A stretch of 64,000 nucleotides of DNA, taken from positions 3,025,967-3,089,966 of the forward strand of contig MU058636.1 of NCBI GenBank assembly GCA_013265495.1, read 5' to 3'. The notes below the pieces were generated by a model, which searched no databases, was not told where the DNA came from, and saw only the letters and a program-made list of their open reading frames with translations. The DNA comes from Vicugna vicugna. Lineage: Eukaryota. The position numbers were made by a program, and so were the translations under genes. Positions 49,047-60,880 of the stretch are shown here, in pieces. The first letter of the stretch is position 1. Each line of letters starts with the position of its first letter.

Positions 49047-49177
49047 ACAGGTACCCCAGGTTAAGTGTCTGGGATTTAGAGATACCTGGGTTTAAAAATG
49101 CCTGCGGTTTAGAGGTATCCAGGGTTTATAGTTGCCCAGGATATACAGGTATCCAGGGTTTATAGGTACCTGGGGTT
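49047..49177 (+). repeat. Degenerate ~17-bp minisatellite, ~8 units
   Basis: Units acaggtaccccaggtta / agtgtctgggattt / agagatacctgggttt / aaaaatgcctgcggttt / agaggtatccagggttt / atagttgcccaggatat / acaggtatccagggttt / ataggtacctggggtt. Confidence 0.85.
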
Positions 49178-50074
49178 AGGACTGGAGCATATTTTGGGGG
49201 CACACAGTTCAACTCCAAATGACTCCTTACTAAACTCTGCCAACAAACGGTATAGCAAATAAATTGGAGAAGACTCACTGGCAAAGCTGATTTTTAGACA
49301 AGTAGGAATCACTCAGAATCATAAGCCAGCAGACCCTTGCAGGGGACCCAGCCCTTCCAGGGTCGGGGGGCAGCAGACAGGGACCAGCACCCACACCGCC
49401 TGCTCCTCCCCAAGAGCCTACCCTGCTGCTCCCTGCCTGTTCTTTACGCCGACACTGAAGTGATGCTATTAACACTATGAGAATGAAGAAAAAACCCAAA
49501 ATACACCTCTTGAAAACTAGAAGCAAACTGCATTTTACAGACTCACCCAATCTGTCCTCATCTGGGTCTCTCTTTAACTAGGATTGTTTGCTCCCTCAAA
49601 CCTAGACCTCAATCCCCATTGGGTTGGTTATTGCTCCCAGACACATTCCACTTGCATCCCAGCTTGCCCGGGCAGTGGCACAACCCAAATCAGATCACGT
49701 GACAAATACAAGGGAAGATTCCCACTGTGGTCCAAGTGGGACGGATTCCCATGAATCCTGCGATTTGGCTTTGCTTTAAGCCAACAGCTGAAGGATTCTA
49801 GAGACTCGTATTCGCCGAATCTGCTTTACCTCTGGATTCCTTAATTTTTGAACTATTTTATGATGCTTCACCGATTTCCTCTTGGTGTGTAGAGGCAGAG
49901 CACACGCCTCTCTGACCCTCACCTCTCTAACGATACGTGTTGTTATCTGTCTGGCGTGAGTACGCCTCGGGAGTGGTGGTGGATTAGCTTCTGGCTGAGA
50001 TTTATTTGGAGCATAGTAGCCGTTATCCTTTAAAAATGGGTGAGAAGGGATAAATTGGGAGTTCGAAATTTGCA

Positions 50075-50220
50075 CCTCTTGGGGGGTGATGGAAGTAGGT
50101 ATCTTGATTGTGGTGGTGGCTTCATAGGTGTGTACGTCTATCAAAATTCATCAAACTGTACATCTGAAATATGCATAGTTTACTGTACAGAAATTATACC
50201 ACAATAAATTTGTTTAAAAT
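50075..50220 (+). mobile_element. L1MC/ME-like 3' end
   Basis: ggggtgatggaa...tatcttgattgtggtggtgg..cataggtgt...tcaaaattcatcaaactgtaca...aattataccacaataaa. Confidence 0.8.
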
Positions 50221-53200
50221 TTTTTTTTTAATTTTTAAAAAAAGCCCCCTGGGAAAGAAGCCTTTCTACATGGGCTGAGACAGAATCACCGATACTTTGT
50301 ACTAACCCCTGAGAGTCTCTTCTTACTCTCTCACAACTGACTGTGGGCAAGGACCACCCGGGGGCCTCTCTCGCTCCCAGAGGTGTGGTCAGAGGCAGTG
50401 AGACCATCATATTTAGCATTGTGACCAAATGACTGAGGACAGAAGGATAAAAAGTAGCGGGAGATTTCCTCAAGCTAATACAATAAATACTCTGATCTGG
50501 AAGAGTAAAACCAAAGCCAAACAAAAATGGCTCTGGGTGAAAAAAATTTTTCACAATCTGCATGTGTCAAATGGCTGCGAGCTCAGTGTGCACCGCCAGA
50601 AGAAAACTTCCCCAGGGAAGTCAATATCTTGTTGGTGCTACCTCTGAGTCAGCCAGAATTGTTAAATGAGAAAAACCCTGCAACCTGGTCCAATGCTTTC
50701 CTGCTACTGGGATGTGTGTGACTGAATTACGCAGAGAGACGGTCAATCGTGTATTTATCGGGTTTATCATGATCAAGTCTGAGTTAGGGGTAAATCCAAG
50801 TGACCTCTTGAACCCCAGGGTTCTGTGTTGGAGATGCCTGAGGGGCCCAGTTCTTAGGGATTTTCTGAGTCCCACATGGACTCCTGATTTACACTCAGAG
50901 CAATACTGGGAACGTGCATTTCAGTGATTGGCCTGGTGTTCAAAAGTTAAGCCACGAAAAGCACAAAGCAAAGACTTAGCTGGAGGGAGCAGAGTGAAAG
51001 TGTTCTGTTGGTCCAGCACTGAGAAATGCGGCAGCAGGAGGGGAGCAGTGGGGATGTAGGCATTTGGGACTGGAAGCCACACCCCTCCTCTCAGGGTCAC
51101 TCATCAGAGTCTCCCCCACCTACCCACAAACCCCACAAGGGCCACCTCCCGTCCGTCACCATATGGCTGGCTCCTGTCCTCCAGCGTGGATATGCCCAGG
51201 AAGGTGGCTCTGCTCCAGCACAGCATCCTGATGGAAGGCAGAGGCAGACAGCTTTTCAAATTAGATTCTGAGGCCTGATGAAGGGCCACTGCCATGGACT
51301 TCCAGGCACGTGTTCTCATAGCTTCTGCTTTCTGCTTGTCACAGACCTGCTGTTGGTGAACCCCTGGGACATCTGGGCCAGGGGCATTTCAGGGTTAACA
51401 GTCTCAAAGAGGAGTCAGGGGAGAAGCCGAGCTGTGTGTGGGGCCAGTGCAGGACTCAAAGGAAACCAGAGCTCCTTATCATCCGGGCCATCGCATCATT
51501 CTAGCTCCAGGGCCATGGGAGATGTAGGGCTCCTTGTAGGCCGAGATGTGAGAGCACGTTTATTTTTTTTGCCCTTGTTTCTTTTGCCCTCCTCCTCTAT
51601 TAGTAAGCCCCGGTAGGTACAACCATCACCCTTGGGCTACCCCACGGTTCTTTCCAAATGGCAGCATGAATCCCTGCAGTGCTCCACATTCCAGACTTCT
51701 CCTGATTTCCTGTTCCTATTAAAATGCACCGCCTCTAACGTCTGATAGTGATGCTCTGTGAGATTTTTATATATAATATCTCATTGAGTACTTTTGACCA
51801 TCCTGGGAGGCAGGGGATATATTAGCCCCATATTCTGGGAAAAGCTCAGAGAGGTCAAGACACTTGCAGAAAATCTCACAGCCAGTCCAGGAGGGAACCA
51901 GGCTTCCAGCTCAGTTGGCTCAGAAGAAGCCTGTGTTCTTTCCCAACCTGACACTGGTGCTGGTGGGGTCAGATCCTTGTGTCACACCTTGGGGTGCCTG
52001 CTGGCCTGGTGCTGGAGAGGCAGCAAAGGCCACAGCCCTGCACCTTCACTTGCTTCCTTCAGCACCAGTTTTTTTCTGGTGGCAGCCTGCTCTCCTATTA
52101 GGGAGCCTTCTGGTATCATGACTGCAGGATTTGTGACCCAGGTGCAGGGCACATGCCTGTGGGACCAGTAAGTTAAATCTAATGGGTATAATACATCACT
52201 GTGAAATGCACCGAATGTAGTTTGGAGAGGACCAGAGTCCCTGGCCTCTTCACCAGAAGAAGGTTGGATTCTATTCTGCCACCGCAGTGCACATGTGAGC
52301 AGGGGCTCTGAAGCGCACAGCTGGGTTGGAGACACCCGCGTGTCTTCTGGGGGCAACTCGCTTCCTGATATCTGCAGACCAAACAAGGATGAGAGTTAGA
52401 AGAGGAAGTGAAAACACACACCTGTTAGGCTGATGATGCAAGGGAAATAAATTTGAAAAGAAATGTCACTTCAAATGGGAAAAGCCTAGAAATTGCTCTT
52501 ACTCTTCTGACCCATGATGGGGTCTTTTAGAAATTTTTTAAAAATTAATTTTAAAATGTTTATTTCCACAGAAATTAAGGAAGTTATTTTAAAAGCCAAT
52601 TCTCGATTGCTGCAATAGTAAGAAAAGGATTTAGCATCCATGCCATATTCTCCAAGTGTCACTTCAACCATGAGCTTCTACCCTCTTGCCCACTGATTAT
52701 TTAACCAGAGTTACTCAGAGAGCAAGCAGTGAATTGCTTCTTTCTGTCTCTGCCCCAGAATACGATCTAGAGGCAGCACGCATTCTAAACCGAGGGCTGA
52801 GGAGGACGTGGGTAGCTTCGATAATCGGAACTACTGATCACGAATTATCAAACCGATTTATTTGGCATTTACCACGGGGCCCGTACTCTGCTCCAATTTC
52901 TCTTTAATAATGGATGTGCTTGCAAGATGACCCGAGAACCTGGCAATGCCCTTGGCCCTCAAGGACCTCCCCCTGAGGGGCTAATGAAAGATTTAATAAA
53001 GGATGGAAGGCGAGATCATAAGAATGCGGGACTTTTGCTCCTACTCAGGCCACAGTCACAAGATTGGGATGTGGGATAAGGACTTCCCAGTCTTCTAGGA
53101 CAGGTAAATAGAAAACCTTAGAGAATAGGAACTCAGACGGCGACTTGCCATGCAAATCCCTGGAATTCTGGCGAGTATTAGAGCAAACAAAGGACCTGAG

Positions 53201-53854
53201 AGTGTGTGACTGTGCTGCAGGGCCGGGAGGGAGGAATGGGGCGGGGGATGTGTGTAGAAGAGGGCAAAGTTTAGCTGGTTCGGAGGACCACACTCCCCCA
53301 ACATTCTGGTCCCCCCACCCCCGCCAGGCTCATTTTAACTACTTCCTGAATGAGTCCTATGGTTTGGAATCCTCTGGGCGGCTCCCAGAGGTGCCTGCAA
53401 CAGGAAGTGTCCCAGGTAGGGACCAGACCGCCCAGTCCAGAGCCTCTGCTGATGGGCGTGGCCCCCGGGGCTGGCTCAGAGGTGACCAGTGCTGACCGGG
53501 CCGCCAGGCACTGATGGCCTCACCGCATTCTGCCCCTGTCAGTCACCTGGAGAGAAGGGCTGGGGCAACTTTACCTCCCGAGGTTTCTGGTTGTGACTGG
53601 CTTGCTACCAGCTGCTTATGCTCCTGCCTGGAACCTTCCACTTATCCCCCAGCCGAAGACACCATCCTGGGATTGCTTCTAATAGAAACAGGTATAACAT
53701 CATGCTTTCATTCAGTCATTCCACCAATAGGCACACCATGGACCACACACCATGCTTGGTTCCGGGAAAGATGGCTAAGGCAAATCTCAACATTAGGAGC
53801 TCAAATCTAGAACAAGGACTGATGTATAAATAAAAAATAATCCCAGTAGACCAT

Positions 53855-54075
53855 GGTACATACTGGATGATTTCACTCACATGACATTCTGGGGAAGACC
53901 AAACTAGAGAGACCAAAACCAGAAGAGTGTTTGTCAGGGGCTGGTGGAGGGGTGAGGGTGGGGTCGGGAGGGCAATGTGACTATATACTGCTAACTGTAT
54001 TTATTAAAACTGGCAGAAATGTACCCTCAAAAGGGTGGATTTTATTGTCTGTACTGTAACAATATTTTTAAAAAG
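53855..54075 (+). mobile_element. L1MC-like 3' end (internally deleted)
   Basis: tacatactggatgatttcact.acatgacattctgg...caaactagagagac...agtgtttgtcagggg...aaatgtaccctcaaaagggtggattttattgt. Confidence 0.7.
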
Positions 54076-54079
54076 AAAA

Positions 54080-54325
54080 TAAATGACAATAGAATGTGGT
54101 AAGGGTGGCAGTACGTAGTGTGACGTGCAGAAAGGCTCAGAGGAGGTGGAAACGCACTCTTCCTGGAAGGGCCGGGAAGGGGGCAGAGACACCTGGGCAG
54201 AGACGGGGCCAACTGACCTGGGGTTTCTGAAGATGACATGAATTGCTGGAGAGACCGGAGGAAGAGGGCATTCCAGGCAGGGGGAACAGCACGTGCGAAT
54301 GTGTGGAGGCTGGACAGCAAGCACC
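54080..54325 (-). mobile_element. L2 fragment
   Basis: ctgggg.ttctgaagatga...ggaagagggcattccaggcagggggaacagcacgtgc. Confidence 0.7.
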
Positions 54326-54433
54326 TTGTGTCCTGCGAGCTTCCTCTCATTCGGTGTCCCTGGCACGTCGGTGGGAGTCCAAGCCTGCCGCTCTAACTGT
54401 GGGACCATGACTTTCTCTTCAGCCTCCCAACAT

Positions 54434-54760
54434 GTTTTTATGCTGCTAAAGCATACATAACACGAAATTTGCCATTTTCATCATTTTTATGTGTACAGTT
54501 GAGTGACAGTAATTCCATTCACAATGTTGGGTCACTATCACCACCATCTATTTTCAAAACCCTTTCAGCACATCCCCCCGAACAGAATCTCTGTTTCCAC
54601 TAAACAGTACTCCTCGCCCCTTCCCCCTCCCTGGCCCTGGTGACCTCTAACCTGCCTTCTGTCTCTAGGAATTTATCTATTCTAGATATTTCATGGGAGT
54701 GGAATTATATCATATTGTCTGTCCTTTGGTGTCTAGCTTATTGCACTTGGCATATTTTTA
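54434..54760 (-). mobile_element. L1MB-like 3' end
   Basis: catacataacacgaaatttgccatttt...gtgtacagttgagtg...cattcacaatgttg...atcaccaccatctattttcaaaac...ttctgtctct..gaatttatctattctagatatttcat. Confidence 0.85.
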
Positions 54761-55464
54761 TTTTGTTTTTCATGAGATCTTTGGATTTTAAAATGGACCC
54801 CAAGAAAGGCTCTTAATTGAGATAAAGGAGAGGGGAGAAGGAACTCACCCCCCAACCCCGAGAAAGGGGAGAACTCAGGGCGGGGCTGGCAGTACTTTCT
54901 GCAGGGGCCCCACACCTGCTGTAGCTCCCCTGGTCAATTCCAGATCAGACGGGGCCACCCCTGCCCACCCCTAACTCCCCTGTGCTTCCCTGGGGCCCCA
55001 GTATCTGACAGAGGCCCCCTTCCCACTGGTCTGCTGCACCCAGCATTCTCACCTTCTGCCAGACCCACAAAAGGAATTTTTTAAAAGACTTAAGAAAATA
55101 AGTGAGCAAGCATTGCAAATAAGGCAACCCAAGAAGCAGGTCTGGAGTTAATTCGCCCTTGAACTGTCAACCCCAGTTGCTTCCAGTGGGTTCTGACATT
55201 TCGAAGAATAATTAAAGGCTTGGCTGTCACACTTCACAAAAGCCCAACCACGATGCAAGCAAGTTCTACCCGCTGTTCCCGCGCGGTGTCTGGAGACACA
55301 CAGAGAAGAACTAGATACCCAGTGCGTCAGGTCCTTGGGTAGAAGTGTCACATTTTCAGAGAATTTTTCCTATTTCTGCACCGAAATTGAATGATCCTCA
55401 TTTAAAGGGCAGATGTGACTAGCAGAAGGGGCGGCGCCTTAAAAACACCTGAAGTCACTGGAGC

Positions 55465-55680
55465 TAATAACAGCTGACGTTTATTAAGTGCCTACTGTGT
55501 GGCTGGCACTATTCCAAGTGCCCCAAGAGCCTGTGAGGTGGAGATAGGTTTATTATCTTCAACTGACAGGTGGGGAAGCCGAGGCACGGAGAGGTGACAA
55601 GTTTTTCACGGTCACAGGGTCAAGGTCGAACCCAGGGGTCTAGCTCCAGAGCCGGCGCCGTCAGCGATGGTATTCGCACC
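55465..55680 (-). mobile_element. MIR SINE (GC-shifted)
   Basis: taataacagctgacgtttattaagtgcctactgtgtgg...cctgtgaggt...ttattatc...acaggtggggaagccgaggcacggagagg...ggtcaca...tcgaacccagg. Confidence 0.8.
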
Positions 55681-56313
55681 CCCCGTCGCCAAGCCGCCCT
55701 GAGTTACGCTGCTGGGGACCCGTCGGCCTTCCCGGTACGCGTCGTTTGTCTTGCCAGCAAGCTTTTATTAATCACAACCTTGCACGCGATTCTGGTCCCT
55801 TGTCCTCCAAGAACTACTTTCGGGCAAGACATAACTCATCTATAACGGATTTAATTCATCGCATACTCAGCATGCTCAGCGACGACTTCGTAGCCCTCCC
55901 GCTGTCTGCGTCCACTCATCAGCTGCTTTCTTTTGAGCACCTACTCTGTTTGAGGCACTGTGTCGTGTGACAGAGACAGAGATTAGTCAGAAATTGAGTC
56001 TGTCCGGAGGGGCTTACATTCTAGGTGAGGCAATTACAGAGATAATACCTATATAATAAGACGTGGTAGTGTGCTACAGATGACATACAGCGCAAGGAAG
56101 CACACAGCAAGCTAACAAGTGCCAAGTTCTACAAGGGAGGACAAGGAGGAGAGAAAGAAATGCCTTCTTGGATGTCGGGGTGTGTGTGTGTGCGTGCGCA
56201 TGTGTGTATGGTGCAAAGTGGGGGAAAGTTGGTGGAGAGAAGGTAAAGGAACCAGAGAGGGAAGGGAAGGGAATCAGATAAGATTTTATGAAGAAAGGAA
56301 TGAGCTAGGCCTT

Positions 56314-56682
56314 TGATATGGGCTGAACCGTGTTCCCCCAAATTCTTGTGTCCAAGTCCTAATCTCCAATATCTTAGGATCCAGCTGCATTTGGAGATGG
56401 GGTCTTTAGAGAGGGAACTGAGTTAAAATGAAGCTGTGGGGGTTGCAGGGGTCCTAATTTAGTATCACTGGTGAACTTAAAAGAAGAGCTGATGAGGACA
56501 CAGACAGACACAGAGAGGTGAGGGCAGAAGATAGCCGTCTACAAGCTGAGCAGGGAACTCTGCAGAAGCCACCCCAGCTCATACCTTGATGCCCAGCCTC
56601 CAGAACCTGAGAAAATACACTTCTGTGGTTTAAGGCATCCAGACTGTGGCATTTTGTTACACAGTCTGAGCAGACAAATACA
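56314..56682 (+). mobile_element. MLT1A-like solo LTR (369 bp)
   Basis: TG...CA termini; tgatatgggctgaa..gtgttcccccaaattc...tttggagatggggtcttta...cagcctccagaacctgagaaaatacacttctgtggtttaag...tgtggcattttgttac...aataca. Confidence 0.88.
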
Positions 56683-57484
56683 AGCTTGAAAAAGAGGATT
56701 TGGAGCCAGGGGACGAGGGACTGAGGGAAAGGAACCCATGTTGGTGGGGGCAGGGGTGTGTTTGGAACCACTGGACTTTTTCAGTGGGTCACGGGAGCTG
56801 AGCCAGGTTTCTGAGCAGACATGACGTAAACTGCAGTCATTCAGTTTCTTTGATTTATTCAGCAAACATTGTCTGAGGACCCGCCCCGTGCCAGGTGTCG
56901 CCCATAACATCCTGAAAAACTGCAGCTGTGGTAAGATGCTTCAGCATGAGCTCTTCAGAGGCACGCACGGCTGTGTGGGGACCACTGGAAAACGAGTGAG
57001 CTTGGGGGAAGCGTAGGGGAGGGGAGACTAGACGTCCTTTATACTTTTATTCTTTTATCAGTGTCTTTCAGTTTTCTTTTGAAGGGTCTGATAGCAACCC
57101 CAGGCAGGTGTCCACACCCCCCACTGCCCCGTCATAGACAACAGTGTCCGCAGGTCCCCTCTGCAGAGCCCCACTGGCCAAGAGACCGTGGCTGAGGTCT
57201 GCCTTCTGGAGGCTGCATGATGGGAATATGACTTTTAACAATTTCTTCCCAATGTAAATATAAAATTGAGTTATCTTTTCCAGACTCTATGTTCCACCAG
57301 GAGATTTTGAAACAACCCTCCCACTGGCCCCGCCCAGCATATCCCTGCATCCCCAACCACAGAATATGGTCTTTGGATGTCAAACAGCATCTCCAAGGGA
57401 TGATGACTGGAAAAACAGAAATACGGAAGCAATCCAAAACAAAATAAATCTGTAGGAGATCTATGGTGACGAGTCTTTTTTCAG

Positions 57485-57926
57485 TATGGTAGGCAGAATG
57501 ACGCCACCCTCCCACCCCGAGAGATGTCCATTCACAGGTTGGAATATATTACTTTGCATTGCGGGTGTGATTAACTTCACAGCCTTGAGATGGTGAGATT
57601 AGCCAGGTGGGTTTAATCTAATCACACGAGTTTTTAAAAAGAGAGACCCTTTCCAAGATATGGTCAGAGGGAGACGTGACTACAGAACAGTGGTCAGAGA
57701 GAGGCAACGCTGCTGGCTTTGAAGATGCCAGAGAGGAAGGAGCCAAGGAATGTGGGCAGCTTCTGGAAGCTGGAAAGGGCAAGGAATTGGAGTCTCTCCT
57801 AGACCCCCAAAAAAGGAACATGACAGGACCAACCCCTTGATTTTTGTCCATTGAGACTCATTGGAATTCTAAACTATAGAGATTTAAGGTAGCTGACATT
57901 GTGGTAATTTTTTTATAACAGCAAAC
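57485..57926 (+). mobile_element. MLT1D-like solo LTR
   Basis: tggtaggcagaatga...ccttgagatgg...ccaggtggg...ctgctggctttgaagatg...gagccaaggaatgtgggcagcttctggaagctggaaagggcaaggaa...tgtggtaattt..tataacagca. Confidence 0.88.
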
Positions 57927-60030
57927 CAGATCTGCTTATTTAAACAATGTGTCTTTTCAGAGTTGACCTTTGCAGTGACTTCGGTTCACAGATGCCCTTA
58001 CTACCGTAGACTAGTTGGTTTTATTTTTCCCTCCAGATTCTAAGCTCCCTAAGGGCAGGGACTGAGTTATTCATTTCAGCATTTCTAGTGCCAGCATCCT
58101 GTGTGCCACATAGCAGATTTCAGTGACTGTGAACTAAGTGATTGTGAGAAAGCCCAAAGCAGCCTAGGGTTTCATAGCACCCTCCTGGCGCCTCCGAAAT
58201 GAAGCATCCGTGTTTCTTTTCAGACATAAAGGGGTCAAATCTAATGTCACCATTGATGTATATGTATGTCATTATGCTGAACTGAATTGCTGTTAGCCGT
58301 AACCAAGACAACAAGAAATCCCATTCACATGTAGAGACTGGTGAGTCATTCAGACAAGCATCAGTCAAGGCCTGGCCCCTGGAGTACAATGTCACGCCAG
58401 GCCCCTTTTCATGAAGAGTGTTTATCAGCGGAGCCTGTTCTAAATGGCTCTCCCTGTGTGATTCATTCAACTGCTCCATCCAGCAAAGGCGTGGAACCCA
58501 GAAACAAAGCTTTGTTAGTCTGGTTACACTCCTCATGAAATTACATTTATTTGGGGGAAGAAATGACCATTCATAATTTTTCACTGTTGGGTAGAAGGCT
58601 TTGTAGTGGCAGTTACAGTGTACATAACACAGCCCCTTCCCCATCATATCTTCGATATTTATTTTCAACTGTTGTTAGCAGAAATTCTTGGGACCAGTGA
58701 GGAAGGGAGCCCGGAGAAATTCCGGCTGGCCAGGACCTGGTCCACGGCCCCTCTCTCCACGATGACGTTGCCACTGTCCCTGTCAACGTCACTGAGTGTG
58801 CTCTGCACACTCCGCGCTATTGTTCGTGCTCGCAGCGTGGACCAGTGCTGAGATGCTGCTGCTGGAATGGCCTCCGCACTTCCTGCAAGGAACTGAAGGG
58901 CTTGCTGAGGGTACAGGGTCAGAGCTCAACCCACCCAAGACTTGGGACGTTGAGTTGACCTGGAGAGTTGATTTCTCCTTCTCTTCTCCCAATACCTTGA
59001 GCTCCTCTCACTGGGGCCAGAGTTCCAGAGCACCTGCTTCCAGCCCCTCCCCTTGAGGACAGCCATTCTATACCCAACCCTGATGTCAAGTAACAAGTCC
59101 AACTGTGGCTTCAACTGCCCCAGGGTGGCCTCCTCTCAGGACAGTTGACTCCAGCAGATGACAGCTCGCTTCAGCGATAATTCCTTTGCTGTAAACTTGA
59201 GGACTGAGAGATTGCTTCCGTCCACAACCCCCATGTGCCTTCTCTTCTGCCTTCCTCCCAGCTGCTCCCTAGCTCCTGGTGGCAGGACCTCATCCCGGCA
59301 AGTGATGGTTCGAACTGTGTCCTCAAGGGCTGAGAGGAGCCATTCTTTCCCTGCCGCATCAAACCAGGCACCCAGCAGGGGTTCTGGTGACTTTACTGGG
59401 CCCCAGGCTAGCACATACAGGTTCAGCAAGTCTTCAGCAGCAAACAGGAAGTGGAGAGTAGGGTATTAGAGTCGGGCACTTGCCACACAGTTTTTTTCTG
59501 CTTGGCTTGTGTTTGAGTGTTTCTGTGACTCCAGTTCTGACAGAAGCGTATCGAAATCAAGACATATTTAATGAGTGACTAAGGTATTTTAGCTGCTGTA
59601 ACTTAGCTTGACCAGGAAAGAAAATGTATGGGCCGACAATTGGAACAAGGGTATTTAGAAAGAACCATTACCATTACTTCATAAAGCATTTCAAATCCTA
59701 AGCTATTACCACCCGTGCTGGTCCCATGCTATTTGGTCACTGGGAGAGCTGCACTGGGATCAGGGCAGGGGCCCCAGAGCAGGTTCTGGGGCAGGAAGAA
59801 CCTGGTGAGGCTCCCAGGCAGGAAGGCGCTAGTGGTGAGGGGCCTCACTAGTCCCCAGGTAAGGTCAGCCAAACACAACTTTGCCATGGAGAGGCGAGCC
59901 AGCCGCCAAGAGCTGCAGAGCAGAAAGGCCCTCACTCAGTCCAAGTGAACAGAAGGGTCACGACTGAGGAGAAAACCTGCCATGAATACTCCACCAGAGG
60001 GTCAATATCTCTGTGTTCAGAATCGTTAAT

Positions 60031-60880
60031 ATCAGAGAAATGCAAATCAAAACTACAATGAGATATTCACACCAGTCACAATGGCCATCGTTAAAAAGAT
60101 GACAAATGATAATGCTGGAGAAAGTGTGGAGAAAAGGGAACCCTCCAATACTGTCGATGGGAATGTGGTTTAGTGCAATCACTATGGAAAACAGTATAGA
60201 GATTCCTTAAAAAACTAAAAATAGACTTACCACATGATCCTGCCATCCCACTGCTGGGCATATATCTGGAGGAAACTCTAATTCAAAAAGATACATGCAC
60301 CCTAATGTTCACAGCAGCACTATTTACAATAGCCAAGACATGGAAGCAACCTAAATGTCTAGCAACGGACGACTGCATAAAGGAGATGTGGTGTGTGTAT
60401 GTATATATATATATATAATGGAATACTACTCAGTCATTAAAAAAGAATGAAATAATGCCATTTGCTGCAACATGGATGGACCTAGAGATGATCATACTAA
60501 GTGAAGTAAGTCAGACAGCGAAAGACAAATATCATGTGATGTCACTTATACGTGGAATCTAAAAAAAGACACAAATGAACTTATTTACAAAACAGAAACA
60601 GACTCACAGACATAGAAAACAAATTTACAGTTACCAAAGGGGAAAGCAGGGAAGGGTGGGTGAAGGATAAATTAGGAATTTGGAATAAACAGACACACAC
60701 TACTATATATAAAGTAGATAAACAATAAGGTCCTACTGTATAGCACAGGGAGCTGTGTTCAATAGCTTGTAATAACCTATAATGAAAAAGAACATATACA
60801 TTTGTGTAAATGAATCGCTATACTGTGCACCAGAAACGAATACAACATTGGAAATCAACTATATTTCAATAAAAAAAAAA
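60031..60880 (+). mobile_element. Cetartiodactyl-type L1, 5'-truncated: decayed ORF2 C-terminus, 3' UTR, AATAAA and poly(A)
   Basis: Starts IREMQIKTTMRY (L1 ORF2 C-terminal region preceding the CCHC motif) with frameshifts; typical 3' UTR; AATAAA at 60868-60873 running into the A-tail. Confidence 0.93.

Larger units (their letters stand above)
48445..49223 (-). mobile_element. MLT1B/C-like LTR carrying a SINE insertion and an internal minisatellite
   Basis: ctctcacag..ctggaggcc...ggcagggctggttgcttctggagg...cctctctcctggcttctgg...taaggacaccagtcat...gattagggcccac...ccaaataaggtcaca...ggggttaggact...cacagttcaac. Confidence 0.85.

Noticed and set aside
49047..49177. Short repeated units superficially like a CRISPR array
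   Set aside because: Head-to-tail degenerate units without unique spacers, eukaryotic context, no cas genes.
58120..58668. 182-aa minus-strand ORF
   Set aside because: TTG start, no recognisable domain; consistent with chance in 64 kb x 6 frames.
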